This document shows, piece after piece, positions 1-8,195 of a stretch of 64,000 bases of DNA (its first letter is position 1; each line of letters begins with the position of its first letter). The notes under the pieces are model-generated. The model did not search any database and was not told the DNA's origin. It saw only the letters and a list, made by a program, of their open reading frames with translations. This DNA comes from Candidatus Cloacimonadota bacterium. GTDB lineage: Bacteria; Cloacimonadota; Cloacimonadia; Cloacimonadales; Cloacimonadaceae. Location of the stretch: contig JAAYKA010000016.1 in the NCBI GenBank assembly GCA_012522635.1, positions 1,290 through 65,289 on the forward strand, read 5' to 3'. The position numbers and the translations under genes are program-made.

Positions 1-936
1 GTTTGGCAATCCGATGCGCTCAATCCGCACAAAGTGACGTCCAATCCAATATGAAATTCTTGAAGTTTTATAGCAAATCAGAAGCGGTGTTCCAATAAAA
101 CCAGCCTCCAGGGTGGCGGTCCCGGAAGTGCAAACCAATAGTTCGCAATATTTCATCATTTCATGGCGGTAGCCATCGATAACCGCGAGCCCTTCAAAAC
201 CGTGTTTTTCCATGAGTTCCACAAAAAGCTGGTGTGAAACACTGTTGGCTTTTGAAATCAGGATTTGGAATCCCTGTGAAGCAAGTTCCCGCGCCGCGTC
301 CAGATATATGGGCAACATTTTTTGAACCTCATTGTCGCGACTGCCGGGGAAAAATCCCAGCCAGCAAGATTTCGGTACCAGGTCAAAAAACCGCGCGAAA
401 CCTTCCCGGTCCAGTTCATAAGATATTTCTTCCGCGATGGGGTGTCCCACATAGCTGGAGGTGACATTATGGATGTCTAAAAGCTCTTTTTCGAAGGGAA
501 GAATACAGGCCACATGGCGCACGCTTCCGCGCAATTTGCGCACCCGGCCATGTTTCCAAGCCCAAAATTGAGGACAGATGAAATATAAAACCGGAATCCG
601 CAATTCATCGGCGATTTTGGCAATACGCAGATTGAATCCTGGATAGTCCACCAAAATGGCGAGGTCAGGCTTTTCCTTTTTCAAAAAAGATTTGATTTCC
701 CTCTCCGCTTTCAGGAAAAACCCCAAATGCTCCGCCACTTCCAAAAAACCCATCACGTTAAAACGCGTGAACGGCATCAGAGGTTTCATTCCCAACGCCT
801 GCATTCTGGCACCGCCAATCCCGCTGTGACGTAGGTTTGGCATATCCTTGTTCAAGGTTTCCATCACCAGACTGGCATGCAAATCGCCGGAGTTTTCCCC
901 CGCCAGCCAAAAGATGTGGAAATCAGCCTTGGACAT
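1..936 (-). CDS. lpxB: lipid-A-disaccharide synthase, C-terminal end cut by window edge
   Basis: Absent from the ORF track because it runs off the window. Hand translation of the minus strand from ATG at 936-934 gives MSKADFHIFWLAGENSGDLHASLVMETL...PDLAILVDYPGFNLRIAKIADELRIPVLYFICPQFWAWKHGR...FPGSRDNEV...CTSGTATLEAGFIGTPLL. This matches the LpxB (GT19) pattern. The frame stays open through base 1. Confidence 0.85.
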   Translation of the reverse strand, partial: MSKADFHIFWLAGENSGDLHASLVMETLNKDMPNLRHSGIGGARMQALGMKPLMPFTRFNVMGFLEVAEHLGFFLKAEREIKSFLKKEKPDLAILVDYPGFNLRIAKIADELRIPVLYFICPQFWAWKHGRVRKLRGSVRHVACILPFEKELLDIHNVTSSYVGHPIAEEISYELDREGFARFFDLVPKSCWLGFFPGSRDNEVQKMLPIYLDAARELASQGFQILISKANSVSHQLFVELMEKHGFEGLAVIDGYRHEMMKYCELLVCTSGTATLEAGFIGTPLLICYKTSRISYWIGRHFVRIERIGLPN

Positions 937-938
937 GA

Positions 939-1523
939 TTAAAGACCAAACACCCAGGGCACAAAAAGGCAGATGAGAGTCACTGCCACCGCCGCCAAGA
1001 GCACTCCAATGAAGACGCAAAGCAGAGATTTCCAAAAGGAAAGCCCAAAAACCTTGGCTGCCAGCGAGCCTGTCCAGCCACCTGTTCCTGGAAGCGGAAT
1101 TCCCACAAACACTATGAGTCCCAGCTCTTTATAGCGTTCCACAATCTTGCCTTTGTTGCGTCCACGCGTCCAAAGCCAATCGGTGAGTTTTTTTCCCCAT
1201 TTGAACCGGGAAATGAGCTGCAGAAACCATTCCAAGAGCAACAGAATGAACGGAATGGGCAGCATATTTCCCAAGATGGACAACAAAGCTGCCTTTTGCC
1301 AGCTCATGCCCAAGGCAAAAATCGCCACAGGGATGGCGCCACGCAGTTCTACAACGGGCAACATTGAAATCAAAATCACAATCATCCAAGGGTTCACGCC
1401 TCTGGCTTCCAAGGCTTTGGCAGTGCGTTCTCCAAAAGATTCAGCCGCCAGTGGACTCAGGCAAAAAAGCAGAATGGCGATTAGCGCCAAAACAGAGATC
1501 TTAGGTTTCAAAATCTCTCCCAA
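939..1523 (-). CDS. small multidrug-export-like integral membrane protein (COG2426-like)
   Basis: 194-aa ORF with several hydrophobic spans. VELRGAIPVA and GIPLPGTGGWTG are typical of the small multidrug export family. It ends 2 nt upstream of the lpxB start. Confidence 0.55.
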   Translation of the reverse strand: MGEILKPKISVLALIAILLFCLSPLAAESFGERTAKALEARGVNPWMIVILISMLPVVELRGAIPVAIFALGMSWQKAALLSILGNMLPIPFILLLLEWFLQLISRFKWGKKLTDWLWTRGRNKGKIVERYKELGLIVFVGIPLPGTGGWTGSLAAKVFGLSFWKSLLCVFIGVLLAAVAVTLICLFVPWVFGL

Positions 1524-1667
1524 ACTTAATATATTTCATTGAAAAACCACTTTTTGAAACGCGGCACTTTTTGACAAGGGAAATCCTCAGTCTCGGCTCT
1601 CACAGAAATAATCTGCATTCTGTCGGTTCCGGGTTATAGTATCAGGAAAAGTAATTATAATTAAAGG

Positions 1668-2174
1668 ATGTTAACAATGAAGACAGATATGCTCGAAGCG
1701 ATTAGAAAAGCGATGCAAGGCGAAAAAGACAGCGTGACCCTGTATGAAAAAGCCGCCGCCCATGCCGACGAAACTGATGTCAAGGAGTTTTTCCTTTCCC
1801 GTGCCCAGGAAGAACGTGGCCACTTCAACTACCTTTTGAAATACCATCAGGAAATCTCCGCAAAACAGCCACTTTCTGATCCAGACCCGGAACTTGGCGA
1901 AGTGAGAGACGATGACTCCTTCTTTTCCGAAGATTTTGTGCGCCGCATTGGTGAAGACCAATTCTTGTTTTCAGCGATTTCCACCGCGTTGCTTTTGGAA
2001 AAAGACGCTTTCGACCACTACAATGAAAACGCCGCCAACGCTCAGGAACCACAGTTGAAAAAGTTCTTTGAACTCCTGGCAAAGTGGGAAATGCTTCATT
2101 ACGATGAGCTTTTGCGTGTTCAGCAGGAAGCCGAACGCTTCTATTGGTCACTGAACGCCTTTGAACCTTTTTAA
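1668..2174 (+). CDS. ferritin-like / rubrerythrin-family protein
   Basis: 168-aa ORF with paired E..EE.GH helices (RAQEERGHFNYL and LAKWEMLHYDEL). The AAAGGA Shine-Dalgarno (SD) is better spaced for the in-frame ATG at 1677, so the true start may be 1677. Confidence 0.65.
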   Translation: MLTMKTDMLEAIRKAMQGEKDSVTLYEKAAAHADETDVKEFFLSRAQEERGHFNYLLKYHQEISAKQPLSDPDPELGEVRDDDSFFSEDFVRRIGEDQFLFSAISTALLLEKDAFDHYNENAANAQEPQLKKFFELLAKWEMLHYDELLRVQQEAERFYWSLNAFEPF

Positions 2175-2361
2175 GGATTTGACAAAGTTTTGATTAACTG
2201 GCTCCTGCTTGCCGCCTTATGTATGCCTTAACTTTATTAAGCAACCCAATGCGACACAATGGATTACGAAACACAGGAATGAATAAGGTTATTAGGAAAG
2301 ATATTTAAAGCATTACAAAATAAAGGGATGCCCAAATAGTCTGAAGCAGGTTTTCCCGGCT

Positions 2362-3120
2362 TCAGCCGTAAAATTGTTCCAAAACTCCCAGTGATTTCAG
2401 CCGCAAGTTTTTGTGGAAATGAGCCTGATAATGTTGGGAAAATATGCTGTTGAGCTGGGCAACGCTTTCCCCATCAGGTTTCAGCTCGTCCAAATGCAGG
2501 CCGATTCTGGGCAGAAGAGCCATTATTTGCGCTGCCTTGGGACTGAGTTTTTCATAACGGGCGGGATTTTGCGCGAAGCCCAAACATTCGCCACACAGAA
2601 TTGAAGCGCTGGCTTTATCCCAAAACATCGTGTCTGAACCAACAGTTTGGCAAAGTGTGCAAACCCCAGGCTCCAGCGGCGTTCCCAACATTTTGAAAAC
2701 CCTCAACAGAAAGCGCCACCAGATGAGGATTGCCCTGCCTCCGGTTTTTTCCAGATAATCAAGATATTCGCTCAAAAGCGAGAACCAGGCTGGGTTTTCG
2801 TCCATGGGCATGATTAACTGGGAATATAGCTCCGTGGCGCACAGAGCCGCCGTCCAAGCCTCAATTTTATGCGAAAGCTGGGTTTCCCTGAGCAGGGAAA
2901 TATCCGTCAGCAGGCAGAGCTCAGATTCGCCGGGACCGTAAAAGTTAAATTCATAAATGTTTAGCGGGCTGAGAAGGCTGCCCTCTGCCTTTTTCCTGAT
3001 ACCCTTCGTTAAAAGTGAAATCAGCCCCTGCTGGCGCGCGAAAGCCTTTAGAATCAAGCTGTTATCGCTGTAGGGAATTATCCTCAAAAGGATGGCTTCG
3101 TCTTTCAGGCGTGCTTTCAC
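2362..3120 (-). CDS. recO: DNA repair protein RecO
   Basis: 252 aa with an N-terminal OB-fold-like segment (EAILLRIIPYSDNSLILKAFARQQGLISL) and a C-terminal zinc motif (CTLCQT...CGEC). It overlaps the upstream gene by 4 nt. Confidence 0.8.
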   Translation of the reverse strand: MKARLKDEAILLRIIPYSDNSLILKAFARQQGLISLLTKGIRKKAEGSLLSPLNIYEFNFYGPGESELCLLTDISLLRETQLSHKIEAWTAALCATELYSQLIMPMDENPAWFSLLSEYLDYLEKTGGRAILIWWRFLLRVFKMLGTPLEPGVCTLCQTVGSDTMFWDKASASILCGECLGFAQNPARYEKLSPKAAQIMALLPRIGLHLDELKPDGESVAQLNSIFSQHYQAHFHKNLRLKSLGVLEQFYG

Positions 3121-4544
3121 AAATCCAACAGCTTCCGCGCCGAACGCAGATCCATGGGGTCGGAAAAAATCGTTTTGTGGTCAGTGTAAATCACATATCC
3201 AGGCGCGCTTTTGCGGGGTTTGCGCACAAAGCGAATCTGAGTGTAATCCACCGGCACATTTTGGGAAAAGCGGGCTTTGGAATACCATGCCGCCAAGGCA
3301 CAACAAACTCTGATTAATTCTTCGTTTGGGCTTTTTTTTCGGAAACAGCGCAACAGGATGTGGGAACCGCGGTAAATCCGGGTGTGAAACCACCAATCAT
3401 GAGGTCTACCCAGTTGGGTAGTGATAAAATCATTTTCGCTGGCTTTGCGCCCAATCACAATCTCAAAATCCTCATCGATGCGCAGACGCAAAAGTTTGTC
3501 CAACATATCCGGAACCCGCTCCGGGCGTGATTTTGCGCCTCGGGAGGGGAGAGGTATCTCCTCGCCAGAATCGATGCGGGAAATCACATTTTCCAGTCTT
3601 TCAATCTGGTTTTTGGTAGCGGCAATATTATTGGCGATTAACTGCCTGCCCCGCTTGGCTTTGCCATATTTTTTCAGATACCATTCCAGATTTTGCCGGG
3701 CTGAAAGTTCCGCTTGCAGTGGAATCTCAATCTCTGCCAGTTCTGGATCAAAATAATTGATGGCTCTCAGGCTCTTTTGCCCGCGGGAAATCTTATCCAG
3801 ATTGCTTTTCAGGGTTTCCGCGCAGATTTTCCAGTGTTCAACCCGTTCGGCGTCTGCTGCTTCATTTTCCTGCCGTTTAAGCTTTGCCCGCACCTTTTTC
3901 AATTCCCTTTCCCATCCTGAACGCAGGGAGTTACGTCGTTGAGTATCTTCTTTAGCTTGAACAATATGTAGATAATAAGCAGCCAGATAATCGTTTACAG
4001 TGTCAAAAGACAGGGTTTCACCCGTTTGCAAAGATTTGAGTTCCAAAGGAAATGATAGCTCCTCAATCACTGGCTTGAAGGAGGTTTGGGGCGCTTGGTA
4101 GGGCAGTTTTGGCAAGATTTGACGTCGTGGATTGTCTGCGTAGCTGTATTTGCGCAGGGCATCAATGACCATGGTTTCCTGCGCGTCCCGGGCCAAAATG
4201 AGATTTGGCTTTGGCGGCGTGAATTCCGCGATGAGCAAAAGCGCGGTTTTTTCCTGATAGATATCCGTGACCTCAAAACGGAAGCGGATTACGCGGTCAT
4301 TGGGGTCAATTTCAGTGCCAATCCACAGGGCTTTGGTCAAAATATCCCAGATTTTATGCTCCCCGTGTTCGGGCTGTAAGCTTTTGCTGTGAAAGGCGAA
4401 AGCCTCTCCGCCCGCGAGGAGGGTGAGCTGGCTTTTATCAGAAAACACCAGTCTGATTTGAGTTGAGCTCTGCCAGGCGCTCTCAACCTTCAGATTTGGA
4501 GCGTTGAATTCTTTGGTCCAAGCAGATAAAATGGAATAATTCAT
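3117..4544 (-). CDS. NFACT-family (RqcH/FbpA-like) RNA-binding protein with DUF814-type C-terminus
   Basis: 475 aa. It has an N-terminal NFACT-N-like region with NDRV and a central coiled coil. The C-terminus reads DFEIVIGRKASENDFITTQLGRPHDWWFHTRIYRGSHILL...PVDYTQIRFVRKP, typical of NFACT-R/DUF814. Confidence 0.7.
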   Translation of the reverse strand: MNYSILSAWTKEFNAPNLKVESAWQSSTQIRLVFSDKSQLTLLAGGEAFAFHSKSLQPEHGEHKIWDILTKALWIGTEIDPNDRVIRFRFEVTDIYQEKTALLLIAEFTPPKPNLILARDAQETMVIDALRKYSYADNPRRQILPKLPYQAPQTSFKPVIEELSFPLELKSLQTGETLSFDTVNDYLAAYYLHIVQAKEDTQRRNSLRSGWERELKKVRAKLKRQENEAADAERVEHWKICAETLKSNLDKISRGQKSLRAINYFDPELAEIEIPLQAELSARQNLEWYLKKYGKAKRGRQLIANNIAATKNQIERLENVISRIDSGEEIPLPSRGAKSRPERVPDMLDKLLRLRIDEDFEIVIGRKASENDFITTQLGRPHDWWFHTRIYRGSHILLRCFRKKSPNEELIRVCCALAAWYSKARFSQNVPVDYTQIRFVRKPRKSAPGYVIYTDHKTIFSDPMDLRSARKLLDL

Positions 4545-4562
4545 CGATATTTAAGCTTTGTG

Positions 4563-4591
4563 CTTGACAGCAAAACCGCCTTTCAAAATAA
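4563..4591 (+). promoter_or_regulatory. putative sigma70-type promoter for the 4628 gene
   Basis: TTGACA (4563-4568), a 17-nt spacer, then AATAAT (4586-4591). A GAGGAG SD lies just before the ATG at 4628. Confidence 0.35.
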
Positions 4592-4627
4592 TGTGCCAAC
4601 ATATTAAACAGCCATGAGGAGTCAAGC

Positions 4628-5476
4628 ATGAAAGCGACATCTTGGATAATAGCGGCTATATTGGCCATTTTGGCCATCATCTTTGGAGTGATGTGGAATG
4701 GTGCAGCCAAAAAAACCAAAGGCTTGGAAGCGTCGCAAGCGGAATTGGAGAAACTGTATCAGGAATCCACTGCCGCTTATGACGATATTCGAAGCAGTTT
4801 GGATAAATTCGATCAAGAACTAATGGACGAAATCGGCACCCTGAGTGAAATCCCAGGAGCCACACCCGCGGAGAGGCTTGCAAACGCCCGCTCCAGAATT
4901 GAAGAATACAAGAGCAAAATCAGGGATTTGGAATCCAAATTGGCTTCCAGCAAAGGTCAGGTCGCCGGAATTCAGGCGATGGTTGACAGGCTCAAAAAAT
5001 CTGTCGCAGACAAGGAAAAAATCGTTGCCGAACTCGAAAAGCGCGTTGGGAATCTTTCCAGCACCTTGGACGAAGAGCGTCTTACCGCCCAGGCTGAAAT
5101 CAGCCAGCGAGACGCCAGCATCAAGGATAGAGAAGCCCAAATCGCCGAACAAAACATCGAAAGCAACCGCATGTATTTCGCCGTTGGAACCCGCAAACAA
5201 CTGATGGAAAGTGGAATCATCAACCGTAAAGGTGGAATTTTGGGAATCGGAAAAGTGAGCACAGTGAAAGACGCTGACCTTTCCCGCTTCACCCAATTCA
5301 ACCTGCTGGACACCCAGGAACTTAATTTCCCCGTCACCAAAAAAGGTTATTCCGTGCTCTCCAGCCACGTTGCTGCTTCCTATGAAGTTCAAAAAGCAGG
5401 TGACCAATACATCCTGCGCGTGACAGACCCCAATTCCTTCAGAAAACAAAAACTTCTGGTGATTGAACTGAAGTAA
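4628..5476 (+). CDS. membrane-anchored coiled-coil protein, function unknown
   Basis: 282 aa. It has an N-terminal TM helix (WIIAAILAILAIIFGVMW), a long heptad-like charged region and a globular C-terminal third. An SD and a downstream terminator are present. Confidence 0.6.
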   Translation: MKATSWIIAAILAILAIIFGVMWNGAAKKTKGLEASQAELEKLYQESTAAYDDIRSSLDKFDQELMDEIGTLSEIPGATPAERLANARSRIEEYKSKIRDLESKLASSKGQVAGIQAMVDRLKKSVADKEKIVAELEKRVGNLSSTLDEERLTAQAEISQRDASIKDREAQIAEQNIESNRMYFAVGTRKQLMESGIINRKGGILGIGKVSTVKDADLSRFTQFNLLDTQELNFPVTKKGYSVLSSHVAASYEVQKAGDQYILRVTDPNSFRKQKLLVIELK

Positions 5477-5499
5477 AACAACCCATTATAATGTCTTTT

Positions 5500-5530
5500 G
5501 GCCTTCCCCAGACGGGAGGGCCATTTTTTG
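5500..5530 (+). terminator. rho-independent terminator
   Basis: GGCCTTCCC / GGGAGGGCC forms a 9-bp stem (one G-U pair) with a 5-nt loop, followed by ATTTTTTG. Confidence 0.6.
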
Positions 5531-5694
5531 TGCCAGAAACAGCAGCCAGTTTAGATCCCATCTTGCTTCGCTCTTGACTCCAGCTCAGGAGTAATACTGG
5601 ATTATCCCGTTATCAACCCGATTCTTTTTCGGGATGGTCAGGAGGCATGGATGAGTTACTCTGGGGTCAGAGCCAAGAAGGAAGCAAGAGCGGA

Positions 5695-6795
5695 TTAGAT
5701 GTCCAGATATTTTGCCGCTTCAAAAAGGGCGCGGCCACCCACGAAACCAACAACACCCTGTACGATATTTACCCCGAGATCAGCAATGGCAACAGCTTTC
5801 CCCAGTTGGGGCAAAGCCCATTCTCCCAAAAAATATCCTCCCACCATGAGCGCGACGCCAGCCAAGGGAAAAAGGAAACGTCCGAGGCCGGAACTTTTGT
5901 GTCCCAAACCGCAGAGCAAGCCTTCCAAGCCTTTTACAATCAGTGTGATGGGCGCGAACAGGGGAAAAAGAAGCAAATCCGCGATGGCGCTGCCGATTCC
6001 TCCCGCCAAAGCGCCAGCTTTGCTGCCAGCATGCAGAGCGATGAAGACAATCATCACGTCCCCGAAATTAAAAAAACCGCCGCCTGGAATGGGAATCGGG
6101 ATAATCATCGTCGCCACGGTAACCAATACGATAAAACCCAGATTCTGATACCATTGTCCAGTGCCAACACTTGTGCCACGATGGCAGGCAGTAATGCGAT
6201 TATCAATTTGCGAGCCTTGAACCCGTGATTCCCGTGAAAGGGTGAGAAGCAACGCCAAAACCGCTGAGAGCCGGGCTTTGAAGCGCTGCGGGAAACTCTG
6301 TTTCAAGCGCTGTTGGCTGGGGATGAGGCTTTGGTGGAAAGTGATGTCCCCAAATGAATTGAAGGCGTTTGAAAAGAGGATTTTCCCCAGAATCACATAT
6401 TTCATCAAGCCTATTTTGAGCGGCAGATTCAGAAGTTCATCAAAGCTGATGAGGCTGAAAAACAGTTGGAAAGCCAAAACTGAATTCACGAAAAGCAGGA
6501 CGCGACCCAGTCCAAACTGAAGCCAGTAGGCTATGGAGCCGGGATTGCCATCCTGGGTGTTGATTCTCAGGATTCCAAAAAGCAGATAGACCAGGCTGAG
6601 GGAGATGAGAAAGGGCAAAATCAGACGGTGACTGGAAAGCCAGCGCTTGAAACCACGCAGCGCCAAAAGTGAAAGAGTCAGCGCTCCAAAAAATGCCAAC
6701 TGTATGACCAATGAATCCATGAAGACCACCAAAGCCAGAGCCAATATGGTCAAAAGGAGCAGAAGCGAGAGAGAAAGTTTAATCTGTGACGACAT
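5695..6795 (-). CDS. ECF-transporter membrane protein, apparent EcfT-like N-half fused to S-component-like C-half
   Basis: 366 aa, polytopic. It sits directly after two ABC ATPase-like genes, the ecfA-ecfA-ecfT position. The C-terminal half reads PIPGGGFFNFGDVMIVFIALHAGSKAGALAGGIGSAIADLLLFPLFAPI, which looks like an ECF S component. Confidence 0.5.
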   Translation of the reverse strand: MSSQIKLSLSLLLLLTILALALVVFMDSLVIQLAFFGALTLSLLALRGFKRWLSSHRLILPFLISLSLVYLLFGILRINTQDGNPGSIAYWLQFGLGRVLLFVNSVLAFQLFFSLISFDELLNLPLKIGLMKYVILGKILFSNAFNSFGDITFHQSLIPSQQRLKQSFPQRFKARLSAVLALLLTLSRESRVQGSQIDNRITACHRGTSVGTGQWYQNLGFIVLVTVATMIIPIPIPGGGFFNFGDVMIVFIALHAGSKAGALAGGIGSAIADLLLFPLFAPITLIVKGLEGLLCGLGHKSSGLGRFLFPLAGVALMVGGYFLGEWALPQLGKAVAIADLGVNIVQGVVGFVGGRALFEAAKYLDI

Positions 6796-7288
6796 CTACC
6801 AGACTCAAAGATGGTGAAATGGGTTTAAAAACAATGGCGTTCGCCTCAGGAAAAAGCTGGCTGTGAGCGGAAAAGACGAGACAGTAGTTGGGGATGTTTT
6901 TGTCCAAAAAATCCCTAACTCGTTCCGCGTGTAGCGATTCATCCATCAGGATAAAGCTGGGACGCGGTTCGGCGCTGTGGACGCGGAGCAAATCCTGCAA
7001 GAGATAATCAACCGCGTCGGCTTCGCTTTCGATGCGCATACGGGGTTTCATCAAACTGGCGTAAGCCTTGACGGCTGTGATTTGCAGTTGCATCTGCTGT
7101 TCAAAATAGAGGCTGTAAAAATCGGGATTGTTTTGGAGGCGGGGGAGAAGGATTTGGGTTAAAAAAGAGCTTTTTCCAGCGCCATTGGGACCTTTGAGGT
7201 GGATTAATCCTTCGCCGAAATTGAGATTGGACACGACCTGAAGCGAAAAATCCTGCCAGATTTTGTGGGTGCCGGCTTCAATTATCAT
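6779..7288 (-). CDS. short ABC-type ATPase (Walker A/B present, signature motif absent)
   Basis: 169 aa with GPNGAGKSS (Walker A), FILMDES (Walker B) and SAHS (H-loop-like). No LSGGQ-like motif is present. Confidence 0.7.
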   Translation of the reverse strand: MIIEAGTHKIWQDFSLQVVSNLNFGEGLIHLKGPNGAGKSSFLTQILLPRLQNNPDFYSLYFEQQMQLQITAVKAYASLMKPRMRIESEADAVDYLLQDLLRVHSAEPRPSFILMDESLHAERVRDFLDKNIPNYCLVFSAHSQLFPEANAIVFKPISPSLSLVDVVTD

Positions 7289-7634
7289 GCTTATCCTCGC
7301 TGTAGGTTATCTGTCTCCCCGTTCCCAAACGGGAAATCAGGTTTTTAACCAAGTTTCGGTTTGTGGGGTCCAGCGAATGCCAGAGATTCACAAAATGGAT
7401 GGCGGAAGCGGGAGAGAGCAGCGCGCAAAGACACATCACCAGTACCTTTTGGCCGCCTGAGAGGATGTCCAAATCGCTTTTGGGGTTCAGGGTTTTATCT
7501 GTGATGGAGGCAAATTCCTCAATAAAAACACTGCGCTGGGTGGAATCCAGATTGTAAAGGATGAATTCCTCAAGCAAGCTGCCGCCTCCGGTGATGGGCA
7601 GGGCTGAATCGCAAAAAAGGATTGGGTTTTTCAT
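7278..7634 (-). CDS. truncated ABC ATPase-like protein (signature LSGGQ present, Walker A/B degenerate)
   Basis: The track ORF 7278..7730 runs through a tRNA gene. The first ATG downstream of the tRNA is at 7634 (MKNPILF...). It contains ILSGGQKV. No SD is visible in the 12-nt spacer. Confidence 0.45.
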   Translation of the reverse strand: MKNPILFCDSALPITGGGSLLEEFILYNLDSTQRSVFIEEFASITDKTLNPKSDLDILSGGQKVLVMCLCALLSPASAIHFVNLWHSLDPTNRNLVKNLISRLGTGRQITYSEDKHDN

Positions 7635-7646
7635 GAGACAATAAAA

Positions 7647-7736
7647 TGGCGGAGAGTCAGGGATTCGAACCCTGGGTACCCGCAAGGATACAACGGTTTT
7701 CGAGACCGTCCCGTTCAACCGCTCCGGCAACTCTCC
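7647..7736 (-). tRNA. tRNA-Ser (anticodon CGA), CCA encoded
   Basis: Minus-strand sequence folded by hand: acceptor GGAGAGT/ACTCTCC, anticodon stem ACGGT/ACCGT, loop CTCGAAA, a long variable arm, T arm CAGGG-TTCGAAT-CCCTG, then GCCA. Confidence 0.9.
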
Positions 7737-7739
7737 GCT

Positions 7740-8195
7740 TCATAATCTGCGCTTTTGAAAAAAACTTTTGAGCAGGCCGCCACATTCGGCTTCTAAAACG
7801 CCCCTCACAACGCTGGGGCGGTGGTTTAAGCTTTTGTCGGCCAACACGTTATAGATGGAGCCAACCGCTCCGGACTTGGGATCCGAGGCTCCAAACACAA
7901 GACAGCCCAAGCGGCTGAGGATAATGGTTCCAGCACACATCAGGCAGGGCTCCAAGGTCACGTATAATCTATAGTTCTGGAGATACTTGATTTTTGAACG
8001 CAGGATTTTGTCAATGAGCAATTTCTCTGCGTGAGCGAGGGGGTCAGAAAGCTGGCGCGTGCGGTTATGTTCCACAGCGATGAGTTCATCATCCTTCACC
8101 AAAACTGCTCCGACGGGAATTTCGTCTTCCTCGAAAGCTTTCCTGGCCTCATCCAGAGCCAGATTCATCCAATAAATATGGTTTTGAAGTTCCAT
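7740..8195 (-). CDS. tadA: tRNA-specific adenosine deaminase
   Basis: HAE...PCLMCAG deaminase motifs are present. The start is set at MELQNHIYWMNLALDEARKA (ATG 8195-8193), which overlaps the upstream stop by 1 nt. The track ORF extends further upstream into the preceding gene. Confidence 0.85.
   Translation of the reverse strand: MELQNHIYWMNLALDEARKAFEEDEIPVGAVLVKDDELIAVEHNRTRQLSDPLAHAEKLLIDKILRSKIKYLQNYRLYVTLEPCLMCAGTIILSRLGCLVFGASDPKSGAVGSIYNVLADKSLNHRPSVVRGVLEAECGGLLKSFFQKRRL

Noticed and set aside
2340-2366. Hairpin CTGAAGC...GCTTCAG at the recO stop as a terminator.
   Set aside because: It overlaps the stop codon, and no T-run follows on either strand.
6779-7634. The two short ABC-like ORFs as a single frameshifted ATPase pseudogene.
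   Set aside because: The motif order is wrong for one domain. The upstream ORF carries the signature and Walker-B-like region, while the downstream ORF starts again with a Walker A. These are two tandem, reduced domains rather than one broken gene.
7278-7730. Full-length track ORF (150 aa), and likewise the N-terminal extensions of 7740..8345, 8195..10246, 19122..24752, 37518..38741, 42102..44147, 52917..53798, 59877..61205, 61774..63579 and 50190..52883.
   Set aside because: The extensions run through a tRNA gene or an upstream CDS, or they precede an obvious signal peptide or SD-supported internal start. I chose starts by SD spacing, signal peptides and family N-termini.
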